DNA of 64,000 nucleotides, from positions 22,364 to 86,363 of the forward strand of contig CABUBX010000001.1 of the NCBI GenBank assembly GCA_902489925.1, read 5' to 3'. Of this stretch, positions 36,566 through 46,312 are shown one piece after another. Position 1 is the first letter of the stretch. The number at the start of each line of letters is the position of its first letter. Source of the stretch: an uncultured Lachnospiraceae bacterium (GTDB lineage: Bacteria; Bacillota; Clostridia; Lachnospirales; Lachnospiraceae). The notes beneath the pieces were generated by a model that was given only the letters and a program-made list of their open reading frames with translations, was not told the origin of the DNA and made no database searches. The position numbers and the translations under genes are program-made.

Positions 36566-37999
36566 ATGGCAAAGGATAAGAAGTTAGTTGAAGCGATTAC
36601 TTCGATGGAAGAAGATTTCGCGCAGTGGTACACAGACGTTGTGAAAAAAGCGGATTTAATTGATTACACAAGCGTTAAGGGCTGCATGGTATTTAAACCG
36701 GCAGGCTACGCAATTTGGGAAAATATTCAGAAAGAGCTGGATGCAAGATTTAAAGCGACAGGTGTTGAGAATGTTTATCTGCCGATGTTTATTCCTGAAA
36801 GTCTTCTCCAGAAGGAAAAGGACCATGTTGAAGGTTTTGCACCGGAGGTTGCATGGGTGACACATGGCGGACTTGAACCGCTTCAGGAGAGAATGTGTGT
36901 CAGACCGACATCAGAGACACTTTTCTGTGATTTTTATGCAAAGGATATTCAGTCTTACAGAGATTTGCCGAAGGTGTATAACCAGTGGTGCTCTGTTGTG
37001 CGCTGGGAGAAGGAGACGCGTCCGTTTTTACGTTCAAGAGAATTTTTATGGCAGGAAGGCCACACAGCACACGCTACAGCCGAGGAGGCAGAGGAAAGAA
37101 CAGAGCAGATGCTTCATCTGTATGCAGACTTCTGCGAGGAGGTGCTTGCAATCCCTGTAATTCGCGGACGTAAGACAGATAAGGAAAAGTTTGCGGGCGC
37201 TGAGGCAACATATACAATCGAAGCATTGATGCACGACGGCAAAGCGCTTCAGTCCGGTACAAGCCATAACTTTGGTGACGGTTTTGCGAAGGCTTTCGGT
37301 ATTCAGTATACTGATAAAGAGAATAAATTGCAGTATGTTCATCAGACATCATGGGGAATGACAACACGTCTTATCGGTGCGGTGATTATGGTGCACGGTG
37401 ATAACAGCGGTCTTGTACTTCCGCCGAAGATTGCACCGACACAGGTCATGATTATTCCGATTGCACAGCATAAGGAGGGCGTGCTTGATAAGGCTTATGA
37501 ATTAAAGAGCAGACTCGGCGATTTCAGAGTTAAGGTTGATGATTCTGAAAAGAGTCCGGGATGGAAGTTCTCTGAGGCAGAGATGCGCGGTATTCCTGTA
37601 AGAATTGAGCTTGGACCAAAGGATATTGAAGCAAATCAGGCAGTCCTTGTGCGCCGTGATACGAGAGAAAAGCAGATTGTAGCTTTGGATGCACTTGAGA
37701 CTGAGGTTGCAAAAGTGCTTGAAACGATGCAAAAAGAGATGCTTGAGCGTGCAAGAGCACATCGCGACAGTCATACTTATACAGCAGTAAATTACGACGA
37801 GTTTAAAGACATTGTTGCCAATAAACCGGGCTTTGTTAAAGCTATGTGGTGCGGTGACCGCGCATGTGAGGATAAGATTAAAGAAGAAACAACAGCGACT
37901 TCAAGATGTATGCCGTTTAATCAGGAGAAGGTGTCCGACGTATGTGTATGCTGCAAAAAACCTGCCAAGGCGATGGTTTACTGGGGTAAGGCTTATTAA
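36566..37999 (+). CDS. proS: proline--tRNA ligase (archaeal/eukaryote-like type, no INS domain)
   Basis: About 478 aa starting [22 protein letters not shown], with class II motifs and a C-terminal Cys-containing domain. GGAGA RBS precedes ATG 36566. Confidence 0.9.
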   Translation: MAKDKKLVEAITSMEEDFAQWYTDVVKKADLIDYTSVKGCMVFKPAGYAIWENIQKELDARFKATGVENVYLPMFIPESLLQKEKDHVEGFAPEVAWVTHGGLEPLQERMCVRPTSETLFCDFYAKDIQSYRDLPKVYNQWCSVVRWEKETRPFLRSREFLWQEGHTAHATAEEAEERTEQMLHLYADFCEEVLAIPVIRGRKTDKEKFAGAEATYTIEALMHDGKALQSGTSHNFGDGFAKAFGIQYTDKENKLQYVHQTSWGMTTRLIGAVIMVHGDNSGLVLPPKIAPTQVMIIPIAQHKEGVLDKAYELKSRLGDFRVKVDDSEKSPGWKFSEAEMRGIPVRIELGPKDIEANQAVLVRRDTREKQIVALDALETEVAKVLETMQKEMLERARAHRDSHTYTAVNYDEFKDIVANKPGFVKAMWCGDRACEDKIKEETTATSRCMPFNQEKVSDVCVCCKKPAKAMVYWGKAY

Positions 38000-38041
38000 T
38001 TAAGGCTGTAAAAAATAAACTGAATTAATAAACAGAGTTAA

Positions 38042-38106
38042 AAGGGAATCTCTGACAGAACAGACTGGTCTTTAGCAAATCTGTTCTTTGGGGCTTCCTT
38101 TTTTAT
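38042..38106 (+). terminator. probable proS terminator
   Basis: Nested imperfect stems (ACAGAACAGA...TCTGTTCT, GGAA...TTCC) followed by TTTTTT. Confidence 0.4.
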
Positions 38107-38206
38107 TCTAAATAATTTCTGAAAATTTAACAGATTGTTTATCCTTTTCGGGCATAGTAAAGGTATAATAGCGATAGATACAGCAGTTCATAGAAAGGGG
38201 ATTGTT

Positions 38207-39826
38207 ATGGGACAGAAATTATTTTATAACGGAAATATTTTAACGATGGCAGAAGTGATGACGGAGAGTGCTGTGCTGACAGAGAACGGGCGTATTTTAT
38301 TTGTCGGAAGTTTTTCTATGGCAAAGGAATTGGCAGCCGAGGATGCCGAGATGATTGATTTACAGGGAAAGACAATGCTTCCGGGATTTATTGACGGTCA
38401 CAGTCATATTACGGCTTTTGCCAATACACTGGCACTTGTAAATCTTAACGGGGCAAAAAGCTTTGATGAGATGCTTTGTCGGATTGAGGGTTTTATTGCG
38501 GAAAATAAACCGGAAAAAGGTCAGTGGATTATGGGTTTTGGCTATGACCATAACTTTTTTGCGGAAGGCCGTCATCCGGACAGGTTTGTGCTGGATAAGC
38601 TCGGTGATGACTACTGCATCGCGATTACACATGCTTCCGGTCATATGGGCGTATTAAACAGCCGTGCACTTTCGGAGGCCGGGGTTAATGCGGAAACGAA
38701 AGATATACAAGGCGGTGTGATTGGCAGAATTGAGGGAAGCACAGAGCCAAACGGGTACCTTGAAGAAGCAGCGTTTATGACGCTTGGTGCGGGAAAGATG
38801 CCGGCGCCGGAGGCGGCGCAGCTTGTTCGCCTGATGGCAAAAGCACAGGATATTTATTTCAGCTATGGTATCACAACGATACAGGACGGAATGACAAAGG
38901 AAAAAGAGTGGCAGATGCTTGAGCTATTTTCAAAGAGCGGTCAGATGAAAGCGGATATGGTTGCTTATGTAGATATTAAAGACCATGCTGGTATGGTGGA
39001 AACTTATGAAAAATATGTGGATAAATATGATAATCATTTGAAAATCGGTGGATATAAGCTGTTTTTGGACGGTTCTCCACAGGGAAGAACAGCGTGGATG
39101 AGTGCTCCTTATCAGTCTTTAGAAGATTCTGAGAAGCCGGAGGCGTCGGGCTATTGCGGTTATCCGATTTATACCGACGCACAGGTTGAAGTTTTTATGG
39201 AGACAGCGGTCACATCAGGACATCAGATTCTTGTGCACTGCAACGGGGATGCGGCAGCAGAGCAGATGCTTCGCGCTTATAAAAAGGCTTTGAATAAACA
39301 CCGTGACAGTAAGCCGGTTCGTCCTGTGATGGTTCATGCACAGCTTGCAAGGGCTGACCAGCTGAAGGAGATGGCAGAGGTCGGTATGTTGGCATCGTTT
39401 TTTATTGCCCATACGTATTATTGGGGCGATATCCATTTGAAAAATTTTGGCAGGGACAGGGCGCAAAAGATAAGCAGTGCAAGGACGGCACAAAAAGAAG
39501 GCGTTGTCTATACATTCCATCAGGATACGCCGGTAATTTTGCCGGATATGCTTGAGACGATATGGTGCGCTATGAACCGAAAGACAAGAGAGGGCATTGT
39601 GCTCGGCGAAGAAGAAAAGATATCTGTGACGGATGCCTTAAAAGCAGTTACGATTAATGCAGCTTATCAGTATTTTGAGGAGGATGAAAAAGGAAGTATT
39701 GAGGCAGGGAAGAAGGCAGATTTTGTGATACTCGATAAAAATCCTCTGGAGGTGCCTAAGGAAAGCCTGAGAGATATTCATGTCGTGGAGACGATAAAAG
39801 ACGGGGAAACTGTATTTAGGGCATAA
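38207..39826 (+). CDS. amidohydrolase family protein (Amidohydro_3 / YtcJ-like)
   Basis: The GFIDGHSH metal-binding motif and a length of about 540 aa. The likely start is ATG 38207, after AAAGGGG. Confidence 0.75.
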   Translation: MGQKLFYNGNILTMAEVMTESAVLTENGRILFVGSFSMAKELAAEDAEMIDLQGKTMLPGFIDGHSHITAFANTLALVNLNGAKSFDEMLCRIEGFIAENKPEKGQWIMGFGYDHNFFAEGRHPDRFVLDKLGDDYCIAITHASGHMGVLNSRALSEAGVNAETKDIQGGVIGRIEGSTEPNGYLEEAAFMTLGAGKMPAPEAAQLVRLMAKAQDIYFSYGITTIQDGMTKEKEWQMLELFSKSGQMKADMVAYVDIKDHAGMVETYEKYVDKYDNHLKIGGYKLFLDGSPQGRTAWMSAPYQSLEDSEKPEASGYCGYPIYTDAQVEVFMETAVTSGHQILVHCNGDAAAEQMLRAYKKALNKHRDSKPVRPVMVHAQLARADQLKEMAEVGMLASFFIAHTYYWGDIHLKNFGRDRAQKISSARTAQKEGVVYTFHQDTPVILPDMLETIWCAMNRKTREGIVLGEEEKISVTDALKAVTINAAYQYFEEDEKGSIEAGKKADFVILDKNPLEVPKESLRDIHVVETIKDGETVFRA

Positions 39827-39911
39827 ATCCAAGCGTTTCTCAGAATTTACTCCTGTACGTTCCTGTAAAAATAGTGTAAAATAGGAAAAAGACGCAAGAG
39901 GAGGAAAAAAT

Positions 39912-41285
39912 ATGGAGATTCGTATACCTGAAAAAGTCAGCGAAATTATACATGAACTGAATCAAAACGGCTATGAAGCCTTTGCGGTTGGCGGCTGTGT
40001 ACGGGATAGTATTTTAGGTAAGCTTCCGCAAGACTGGGATATTACGACATCGGCAAAGCCTCACGAAGTTAAGCGTATTTTCAGACGGACGATAGATACG
40101 GGGATTGAGCACGGGACTGTGACGGTTATGCTGGGCAAAGAGGGCTTCGAGGTGACAACTTATCGTGTTGACGGTGAATACGAGGATAACCGTCATCCTA
40201 AGCAAGTGTCATTTACAGCAAATCTCACGGAAGATTTGGCACGCCGGGATTTTACGATTAATGCAATGGCTTACAATCCGGACTGTGGGCTTGTGGATGT
40301 TTTCGGCGGCTTGGAGGATTTGAGGCGAAAAGTTATTCGCTGTGTCGGAACAGCCGCAGAGCGGTTTGACGAGGATGCACTCCGCATTCTTCGAGCCATC
40401 AGATTCAGTGCCCAGCTTGGTTTTGACATAGAAAAAAATACGCGGGAGGCTATGACAAAAAAGGCCCGGCATCTTCAAAATATCAGCGCTGAGCGTATAC
40501 AGGCGGAGATTGTAAAGCTTCTGATTTCCGAACATCCTGAAAAGCTTCATGAGGCCTATGAGCTTGGAATCACAGAGATGATACTGCCGGAATATGATGC
40601 TATTGTCGGTGTTTCCCAAAATACGCCGAACCATATTTATACGGTAGATAAGCATACAATGATTGCTTTGAAGGCTGTAGAGGCGACCCCGGTACTGCGC
40701 CTTACGATGCTGATGCATGACATGGGAAAGCCGGCAGTAAAAAAGACGGTTGAGGATGGCAGGGATATTTTTTACAGACATCCTGAGGTCAGCGCCCGCA
40801 TTGCAAAGACAATCTTAAAACGCTTGAAGTTTGATAATGATACGCTTGATAAGGTCGTTCGGCTTGTCAAGTGGCATGGTCTTAAATACAATGCGGAGGC
40901 TGTTGATGTGCGCAAGGCATTAAACCGTATCGGGCGGGATATTTTTGATGATTTTATAAAAGTACAGACGGCGGATGTTCTTGCGAAAAGTCCGGCAGTG
41001 ATTGAAAGAAAACTTGAGCTTTTAAAGGAAAAGACGGCTTTGTATCATCAGATTATTGAAGAAAATCAGTGCTTTGAAATTAAATCGCTTGCAATTAACG
41101 GCCGCGACTTAATTGCGGCAGGTATAGAGGCAGGTCCGCTGCTTGGCGCTGTTTTGGAACGGCTCACCGAGGAAGTCATTGAAGACCAGTCCTTAAATAT
41201 AAAAGAAAAGCTGGTTGCAAGGGCGCTTGAGGTAAAGGACGATGCGCATATTTTTGATGAAAAAGAGTATTTTTTCAGAAAGTAA
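39912..41285 (+). CDS. cca: CCA tRNA nucleotidyltransferase with HD domain
   Basis: GGCVRD and DWDITT PolyA-polymerase-head motifs, with a downstream HD region (MLMHDMGK). Confidence 0.85.
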   Translation: MEIRIPEKVSEIIHELNQNGYEAFAVGGCVRDSILGKLPQDWDITTSAKPHEVKRIFRRTIDTGIEHGTVTVMLGKEGFEVTTYRVDGEYEDNRHPKQVSFTANLTEDLARRDFTINAMAYNPDCGLVDVFGGLEDLRRKVIRCVGTAAERFDEDALRILRAIRFSAQLGFDIEKNTREAMTKKARHLQNISAERIQAEIVKLLISEHPEKLHEAYELGITEMILPEYDAIVGVSQNTPNHIYTVDKHTMIALKAVEATPVLRLTMLMHDMGKPAVKKTVEDGRDIFYRHPEVSARIAKTILKRLKFDNDTLDKVVRLVKWHGLKYNAEAVDVRKALNRIGRDIFDDFIKVQTADVLAKSPAVIERKLELLKEKTALYHQIIEENQCFEIKSLAINGRDLIAAGIEAGPLLGAVLERLTEEVIEDQSLNIKEKLVARALEVKDDAHIFDEKEYFFRK

Positions 41286-41323
41286 GGTATAAAGTTTTAA
41301 ATTCTGTCGAATCTGTTCGGAGG

Positions 41324-41536
41324 ATGATGGAAATATTTTTTAATGCCCATGGTGTTATTGATGATGTCAGTGATGAACTGAAAGCGTTTTTAGATTATCT
41401 TGCCGGAAAAACTGACGAGCGCCGCGCGCGCATTTTAAAGATGCTTTCCAAAGGTTATTCTGTGGAGGAAATTGCAGATTTATATGAAATTACGACAGAA
41501 GAAGTTGAGAAGATAGGAACGGATAATAAAAAATAG
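41324..41536 (+). pseudogene. remnant resembling the C-terminus of Rpn/PD-(D/E)XK putative transposase proteins
   Basis: The 70-aa ORF contains DDVSDELKAFLDYLAGK and a terminal KGYSVEEIADLYEITTEEVEKI HTH-like tail, as seen at the C-termini of Rpn-family proteins. No nuclease domain is present, and the ATG sits too close to GGAGG. Confidence 0.35.
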
Positions 41537-41558
41537 GTTTTGTCAAACTATAAAATAA

Positions 41559-41600
41559 GACCGCTGTGCATCAATTGGAATGCACAGCGGTTGTTATTTT
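41559..41600. terminator. bidirectional terminator
   Basis: GACCGCTGTGCA-N10-TGCACAGCGGT stem followed by TGTTATTTT. Confidence 0.7.
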
Positions 41601-41604
41601 ATGA

Positions 41605-42027
41605 TTATTCAATTGTGATATACTTTTTCTGAGCTTCGATTCTTTCAGGTGTCATTTTCGGAAAGGTCAGTTTTAATGTACCATTCTCAAAGGAAGCTTT
41701 AATATCCTCCTGTGTTACGTGCTCGCCGACATAAAATGTTCTTGAGCAGGAACCTGTATGGCGCTCTCTGAAAACATATTTGCCATTTTCATCTTTTTTA
41801 TCGGATGAAGTTTTTCTCTCAGCCTGAATTGTCAGATAGCCGTCATGGAGTTGAGCGCGGACATCATCTTTTGAAAATCCCGGTAAATCCATCTCAAGTA
41901 AATAGTTTCCGTCTTTTTCCAAAACATCTGTCTTCATCAGTGAAGTACGGTTTTCGTGACCTCTGAAAAACGAATCATCAAACATCTCATCAAATAAATC
42001 ATAACTTCTTCTTGGCATTAACATCAT
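41605..42027 (-). CDS. Hsp20/alpha-crystallin family small heat-shock protein
   Basis: 140 aa with an alpha-crystallin domain (DVLEKDGNYLLEMDLPGFSKDDV...GTLKLTFPK). AAAGAGGAA RBS. Confidence 0.9.
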   Translation of the reverse strand: MMLMPRRSYDLFDEMFDDSFFRGHENRTSLMKTDVLEKDGNYLLEMDLPGFSKDDVRAQLHDGYLTIQAERKTSSDKKDENGKYVFRERHTGSCSRTFYVGEHVTQEDIKASFENGTLKLTFPKMTPERIEAQKKYITIE

Positions 42028-42060
42028 AAGTCATTCCTCTTTCCATCTATTTATATTTGT

Positions 42061-42089
42061 TTTATATGCTCTATCTGTTACAATTGTAA
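42061..42089 (-). promoter_or_regulatory. candidate hsp20 promoter
   Basis: On the minus strand: TTACAA, 17 nt, TATAAA. Confidence 0.45.
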
Positions 42090-42103
42090 TATAACATAAA
42101 TTA

Positions 42104-42130
42104 TTAGCACTGTAAATAGGTGAGTGCTAA
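42104..42130. promoter_or_regulatory. CIRCE element (HrcA operator)
   Basis: TTAGCACTG-N9-GAGTGCTAA matches 17 of 18 positions of the consensus TTAGCACTC-N9-GAGTGCTAA. Confidence 0.85.
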
Positions 42131-42184
42131 TGTTCACAAAAAATTCACAATAGACTGGTATGCTTATACGAGCGAGGTGGTAAA

Positions 42185-42745
42185 GTGAATACAACAAAAC
42201 AAGCTCTGGAGGCTTCCTTAAAAAAGCTTCTTTTTCAGAAACCGTTAGATAAAATAACAATCCATGATATTACAACGGACTGCGGCATTAGTCGTATGGC
42301 TTTTTATTATCACTTTAAAGATATTTATGATTTAGTTGAGTGGGCATGTTATGAAGATGCAAAACGGGCGCTGCAGGGAAAGAAAACTTATGATACATGG
42401 CAGGAAGGGATTTTACAGATTTTTGAAGTTGTTTTTGAAAATAAGCCGTTTATCATGAATGTGTATCGCGCAATCAGCAGAGAACAGATTGAAAATTATC
42501 TCTTTAAACTGACCTACGGATTACTGCGGGGCGTTGTGGAGGAAAAGTCCGAGGGGCAAAAAATTGGGGAAGCAGAGAAAGAATTTATTGCGGATTTTTA
42601 TAAGTACAGCTTTGTTGGGATTATGCTGGACTGGATTAAACAGGGGATGAAGGAGGATTATGGGGAAATCGTTGAAAATATGGTTCTGACACTTCATGGC
42701 AATATTACAAATTCAATTATGAACTTTACAAAAGCGGGCGAATGA
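42185..42745 (+). CDS. TetR/AcrR family transcriptional regulator
   Basis: N-terminal HTH (ITIHDITTDCGISRMAFYYHFKDIYDL). GTG start after GAGGTGG. Confidence 0.8.
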   Translation: MNTTKQALEASLKKLLFQKPLDKITIHDITTDCGISRMAFYYHFKDIYDLVEWACYEDAKRALQGKKTYDTWQEGILQIFEVVFENKPFIMNVYRAISREQIENYLFKLTYGLLRGVVEEKSEGQKIGEAEKEFIADFYKYSFVGIMLDWIKQGMKEDYGEIVENMVLTLHGNITNSIMNFTKAGE

Positions 42746-42853
42746 TAAGTTTTTTATCATCTGCCCGCTTTTGTAAATTGAAGCCTTTGATTATGCGCGC
42801 TAATATAAGGGCATACTTTAAACGAGGATTGAAGAAGAAAGGCGGTTTTAACG

Positions 42854-44827
42854 ATGGGAAAGAAAAAACATTTTGGACTGAAAACAGCGGCAGTGGCTGC
42901 AGCAGGTGCAGGCGCGGCGGTTTATCTGACAAAGAAGACAAAGAAAGCGGAGGATTTAAAACATGCCGAAAAGATGCGCGGTCAGAGTAATTACCGCAAT
43001 ACAGAGCTTGGGAAGCATGAAAAAAACAGTAAGGGTATTTATTATACAAATGGTAATTATGAGGCCTTTGCGCGGCCCCAAAAGCCAAAGGGTGTCGATG
43101 AAAAAGAGGCTTATATTGTCGGCAGCGGCCTTGCGGCGCTGGCAGCAGCCTGCTTTCTTGTAAGAGACGGACAGATGAAGGGTGAGCATATCCATGTGCT
43201 GGAGGCGATGGATATTGCCGGAGGCGCCTGCGACGGTATTTTCGATGCATCAAGGGGCTATATTATGCGCGGCGGTCGTGAAATGGAAAATCATTTTGAG
43301 TGTCTTTGGGATTTATTCAGAAGTATTCCGTCATTGGAAATTCCGAATGCGTCCGTGCTCGATGAATTTTACTGGCTGAATAAGCATGACCCAAACTACT
43401 CTTTATGCCGTGCAACTGTAAACCGCGGAGAGGATGCCCATACAGACGGCAAGTTTGGTTTAAGCCAAAAAGGCTGTATGGAAATTATGAAGCTGTTTAT
43501 GACAAAGGACGAAGACCTTTATGATAAGAAAATCGAAGATGTTTTTGATGATGAGGTCTTTAATTCAACCTTCTGGCTTTATTGGAGAACAATGTTTGCT
43601 TTTGAGAACTGGCACAGTGCACTTGAAATGAAGCTCTATTTCCAGCGTTTTATTCATCATATTTCAGGGCTGCCTGATTTCAGCGCGCTGAAATTTACAA
43701 GATATAATCAATATGAATCATTAATTTTGCCGATGCAGAAATATCTTGAGGCTGCCGGTGTTGATTTCCGGTTTAATACAGAGGTTACAAACGTTGTATT
43801 TGAATTTAAGGGCGGCAAAAAGATTGCAACGGCAATCGAGTGCAGGGTGAAAGGTGTCGAAAAAGGTATTTTACTGACAGAAAATGACCTTGTTTTCGTG
43901 ACAAACGGAAGCTGCACAGAAGGTACGATTTACGGAGACCAAAATCATGCGCCAAACGGCGATGCCGAAGTGAGAACGAGCGGCTGCTGGGCATTGTGGA
44001 AAAATATTGCAAAGCAGAATGAGGCATTCGGACATCCCGAAAAATTCTGTTCAGATATACAAAAAACAAACTGGGAGTCTGCGACAGTGACAACGCTGGA
44101 TGATAAAATTATTCCGTACATTACAAATATATGTAAGCGTGACCCGAGAACAGGCAAGGTTGTGACAGGCGGTATTGTCAGCTGTAAGGATTCAAGCTGG
44201 CTGTTAAGCTGGACAATTAATCGTCAGGGACAGTTTAAAGAACAGGATAAAGAGAAGGTCTGTGTATGGGTTTACGGCCTGTTTACAGATGTTGTCGGTG
44301 ATTTTGTAAAAAAACCGATGAAGGATTGTACAGGTAAGGAAATCACAATGGAATGGCTTTATCATATCGGTGTGCCAATCAGTGAAATTGAAGATTTGGC
44401 TGAAAACAGTGCGGTTTGTGTGCCGACAATGATGCCGTATATTACAGCGTTCTTTATGCCGAGAACAAAGGGGGACCGGCCGGATGTTATCCCTGACGGC
44501 TGCGTGAACTTCGCATTCCTTGGCCAGTTTGCAGATACACCGCGAGATACAGTATTTACAACAGAATATTCCGTGAGAACAGCGATGGAGGCTGTATACG
44601 GACTTCTCGGCGTTGACAGAGGTGTGCCGGAGGTATGGGGCAGCGTCTATGATATTCGAGAACTATTAGACAGCAGTGTGAAGCTGATGGACGGCAAATC
44701 TCCGCTTGAAATAGAGCTTCCGGGACCGCTAAACGTATTGAAAAAACCGTTAATTCATTTTATTAAGGGAACAGTTATTGAAAAGCTGTTAAGAGAACAT
44801 GACATTTTAAAAGATTCAATGATGTGA
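42854..44827 (+). CDS. ohyA: oleate hydratase (MCRA family, FAD-dependent) with N-terminal extension
   Basis: YYTNGNYEAFARPQKP followed by the GSGLAALAAACFLVRDGQM FAD-binding motif. About 60 extra N-terminal residues relative to typical family starts. The exact start is uncertain. Confidence 0.8.
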   Translation: MGKKKHFGLKTAAVAAAGAGAAVYLTKKTKKAEDLKHAEKMRGQSNYRNTELGKHEKNSKGIYYTNGNYEAFARPQKPKGVDEKEAYIVGSGLAALAAACFLVRDGQMKGEHIHVLEAMDIAGGACDGIFDASRGYIMRGGREMENHFECLWDLFRSIPSLEIPNASVLDEFYWLNKHDPNYSLCRATVNRGEDAHTDGKFGLSQKGCMEIMKLFMTKDEDLYDKKIEDVFDDEVFNSTFWLYWRTMFAFENWHSALEMKLYFQRFIHHISGLPDFSALKFTRYNQYESLILPMQKYLEAAGVDFRFNTEVTNVVFEFKGGKKIATAIECRVKGVEKGILLTENDLVFVTNGSCTEGTIYGDQNHAPNGDAEVRTSGCWALWKNIAKQNEAFGHPEKFCSDIQKTNWESATVTTLDDKIIPYITNICKRDPRTGKVVTGGIVSCKDSSWLLSWTINRQGQFKEQDKEKVCVWVYGLFTDVVGDFVKKPMKDCTGKEITMEWLYHIGVPISEIEDLAENSAVCVPTMMPYITAFFMPRTKGDRPDVIPDGCVNFAFLGQFADTPRDTVFTTEYSVRTAMEAVYGLLGVDRGVPEVWGSVYDIRELLDSSVKLMDGKSPLEIELPGPLNVLKKPLIHFIKGTVIEKLLREHDILKDSMM

Positions 44828-44867
44828 TGTAAGGATTGATTTTAACATCTTGTCTGAAAACAGATAA

Positions 44868-44921
44868 TAAAAAAAGATAATTAAAATATCATTAAAAATA
44901 GATATTCTAATTATCTTTTTT
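44868..44921. terminator. AT-rich bidirectional terminator
   Basis: AAGATAATTA-N24-TAATTATCTT stem flanked by an A-run and a T-run. Confidence 0.45.
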
Positions 44922-44925
44922 TGTG

Positions 44926-45453
44926 TTATTTTTTCTTTTTAGATTTTGAAGCTGTATCCTTCTGAGAAGCTCTCAATTCGTCCGCTTTGTCTTTCATCTT
45001 ATCGCGGAAGCGCTTCTTTTTCGGATGTACGAGTGCAGGGCCTCTTAGCGCTCTGACATTCGTAATATAGATACCGCTGACTGTTGCCTTGATTTCCTGT
45101 TTTACCGGAATCATATCAAAGATTTTGTTGTCTGAAATCAGAATCATCACCTTTGGGCCAACCTTAGCTTTAACAATCGGTACCTTAGCCATTCTTGCAT
45201 ACTTTGGCGTAGCTTCGACAACCATCTGAGGCAGACCGGCTTTATTAAACCGCATCTTCTTTTTATCAATGACGAGCATCGTCACTGTCTGAGAGGCAGC
45301 AGCGATTTTCTCCTCTGTTTCATCCATTTTCTTTTGCTGCTTCTTACCCCATACTGCAAGAAAGATAATCACACCGATTAAAATAACGGCGATAACAATC
45401 ATCGTAATTGCGAATGGGCTGAGTGAAAACAGTACAACTGGTGATAGTGTCAC
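44926..45453 (-). CDS. hypothetical membrane-anchored protein with lysine-rich tail
   Basis: AAGGAGGG RBS 6 nt before GTG 45453. N-terminal TM segment (AITMIVIAVILIGVIIFLAVW). C-terminal K-rich tail. No family recognised. Confidence 0.6.
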   Translation of the reverse strand: MTLSPVVLFSLSPFAITMIVIAVILIGVIIFLAVWGKKQQKKMDETEEKIAAASQTVTMLVIDKKKMRFNKAGLPQMVVEATPKYARMAKVPIVKAKVGPKVMILISDNKIFDMIPVKQEIKATVSGIYITNVRALRGPALVHPKKKRFRDKMKDKADELRASQKDTASKSKKKK

Positions 45454-45571
45454 AAAAGTCCCTCCTTATTTTTCCTCTGACGGCATCTGAAATTAACAGA
45501 CGCATACTAATGAAGATTGTACCATCTTTCGTCAGAAAAAGAAATATATAAATCGCATTAATTTTAAAAAA

Positions 45572-46312
45572 TTACGCTTCTTTCATGTAATCGGGATGTT
45601 TTTTGCGCATCTCGATAATGATATCTCTCGTATATGCGGCCGCATGTTTTTTTGTTTCCCTGTCCAAGTCATCAAGATTAAACGGTTTTCCAAATTCAAA
45701 TACGACCGTTGCCTTTTTTATTGCCGGAAAATGATTTTCAAAAACCGCCTCTGTGTTTGTGATGGCGACAGGAACAATCGGGCATTTGCCTTTTTCGGCG
45801 ATTTTCAAGCTGCCCTCTTTAAATGGCAGCAGGTCTTTCGTTTCCGAACGTGTACCTTCCGGGAAAATAAAAATTGAGGATTCGTTTTTTACAAGCTCAA
45901 CACCTTTGAGAATGGTTTTCAACCCTTCTTTAATATTTTCACGGTTTAAAAACAGACAATTTAAGTACCACATCCACCAACCGACAAGCGGTGTCTTTTT
46001 AAGAGATTCTTTGGCAACGAAACCGGTATTGTTTTTGAGAAACGGATAACTTAATATAATGTCAAAAATACTTCGGTGATTGCCGACATAAAGCACCGGG
46101 CCTTCGGCAGGAACGTTTTCAAGCCCTTTGATAATAATGCGGCTGCCTGTAATGATGCGGACAACTCTGAAAACGCCGCATATAAAGCTTTGAGAAGCTT
46201 TAGCGCTTGCCATAGGATTAAATTTTCTTATAATCGCAAAAATGAGAAAGAGCGGGAGGCTGATAAAAAATACAACGATAATTAAAACGATGCAAAGTAA
46301 AAAGCGAATCAT
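45572..46312 (-). CDS. plsC: 1-acyl-sn-glycerol-3-phosphate acyltransferase
   Basis: NHRSIFD (HX4D) and FPEGTR acyltransferase motifs. N-terminal TM segment. Confidence 0.85.
   Translation of the reverse strand: MIRFLLCIVLIIVVFFISLPLFLIFAIIRKFNPMASAKASQSFICGVFRVVRIITGSRIIIKGLENVPAEGPVLYVGNHRSIFDIILSYPFLKNNTGFVAKESLKKTPLVGWWMWYLNCLFLNRENIKEGLKTILKGVELVKNESSIFIFPEGTRSETKDLLPFKEGSLKIAEKGKCPIVPVAITNTEAVFENHFPAIKKATVVFEFGKPFNLDDLDRETKKHAAAYTRDIIIEMRKKHPDYMKEA

Noticed and set aside
40209-40781. 190-aa minus-strand ORF inside cca
   Set aside because: It is an antisense shadow of a gene with strong nucleotidyltransferase and HD motifs.
42726-43253. 175-aa minus-strand ORF spanning the tetR/ohyA junction
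   Set aside because: It is antisense to the oleate hydratase N-terminus and the TetR C-terminus. Its translation is P/R/L/S-rich, and it has no RBS.
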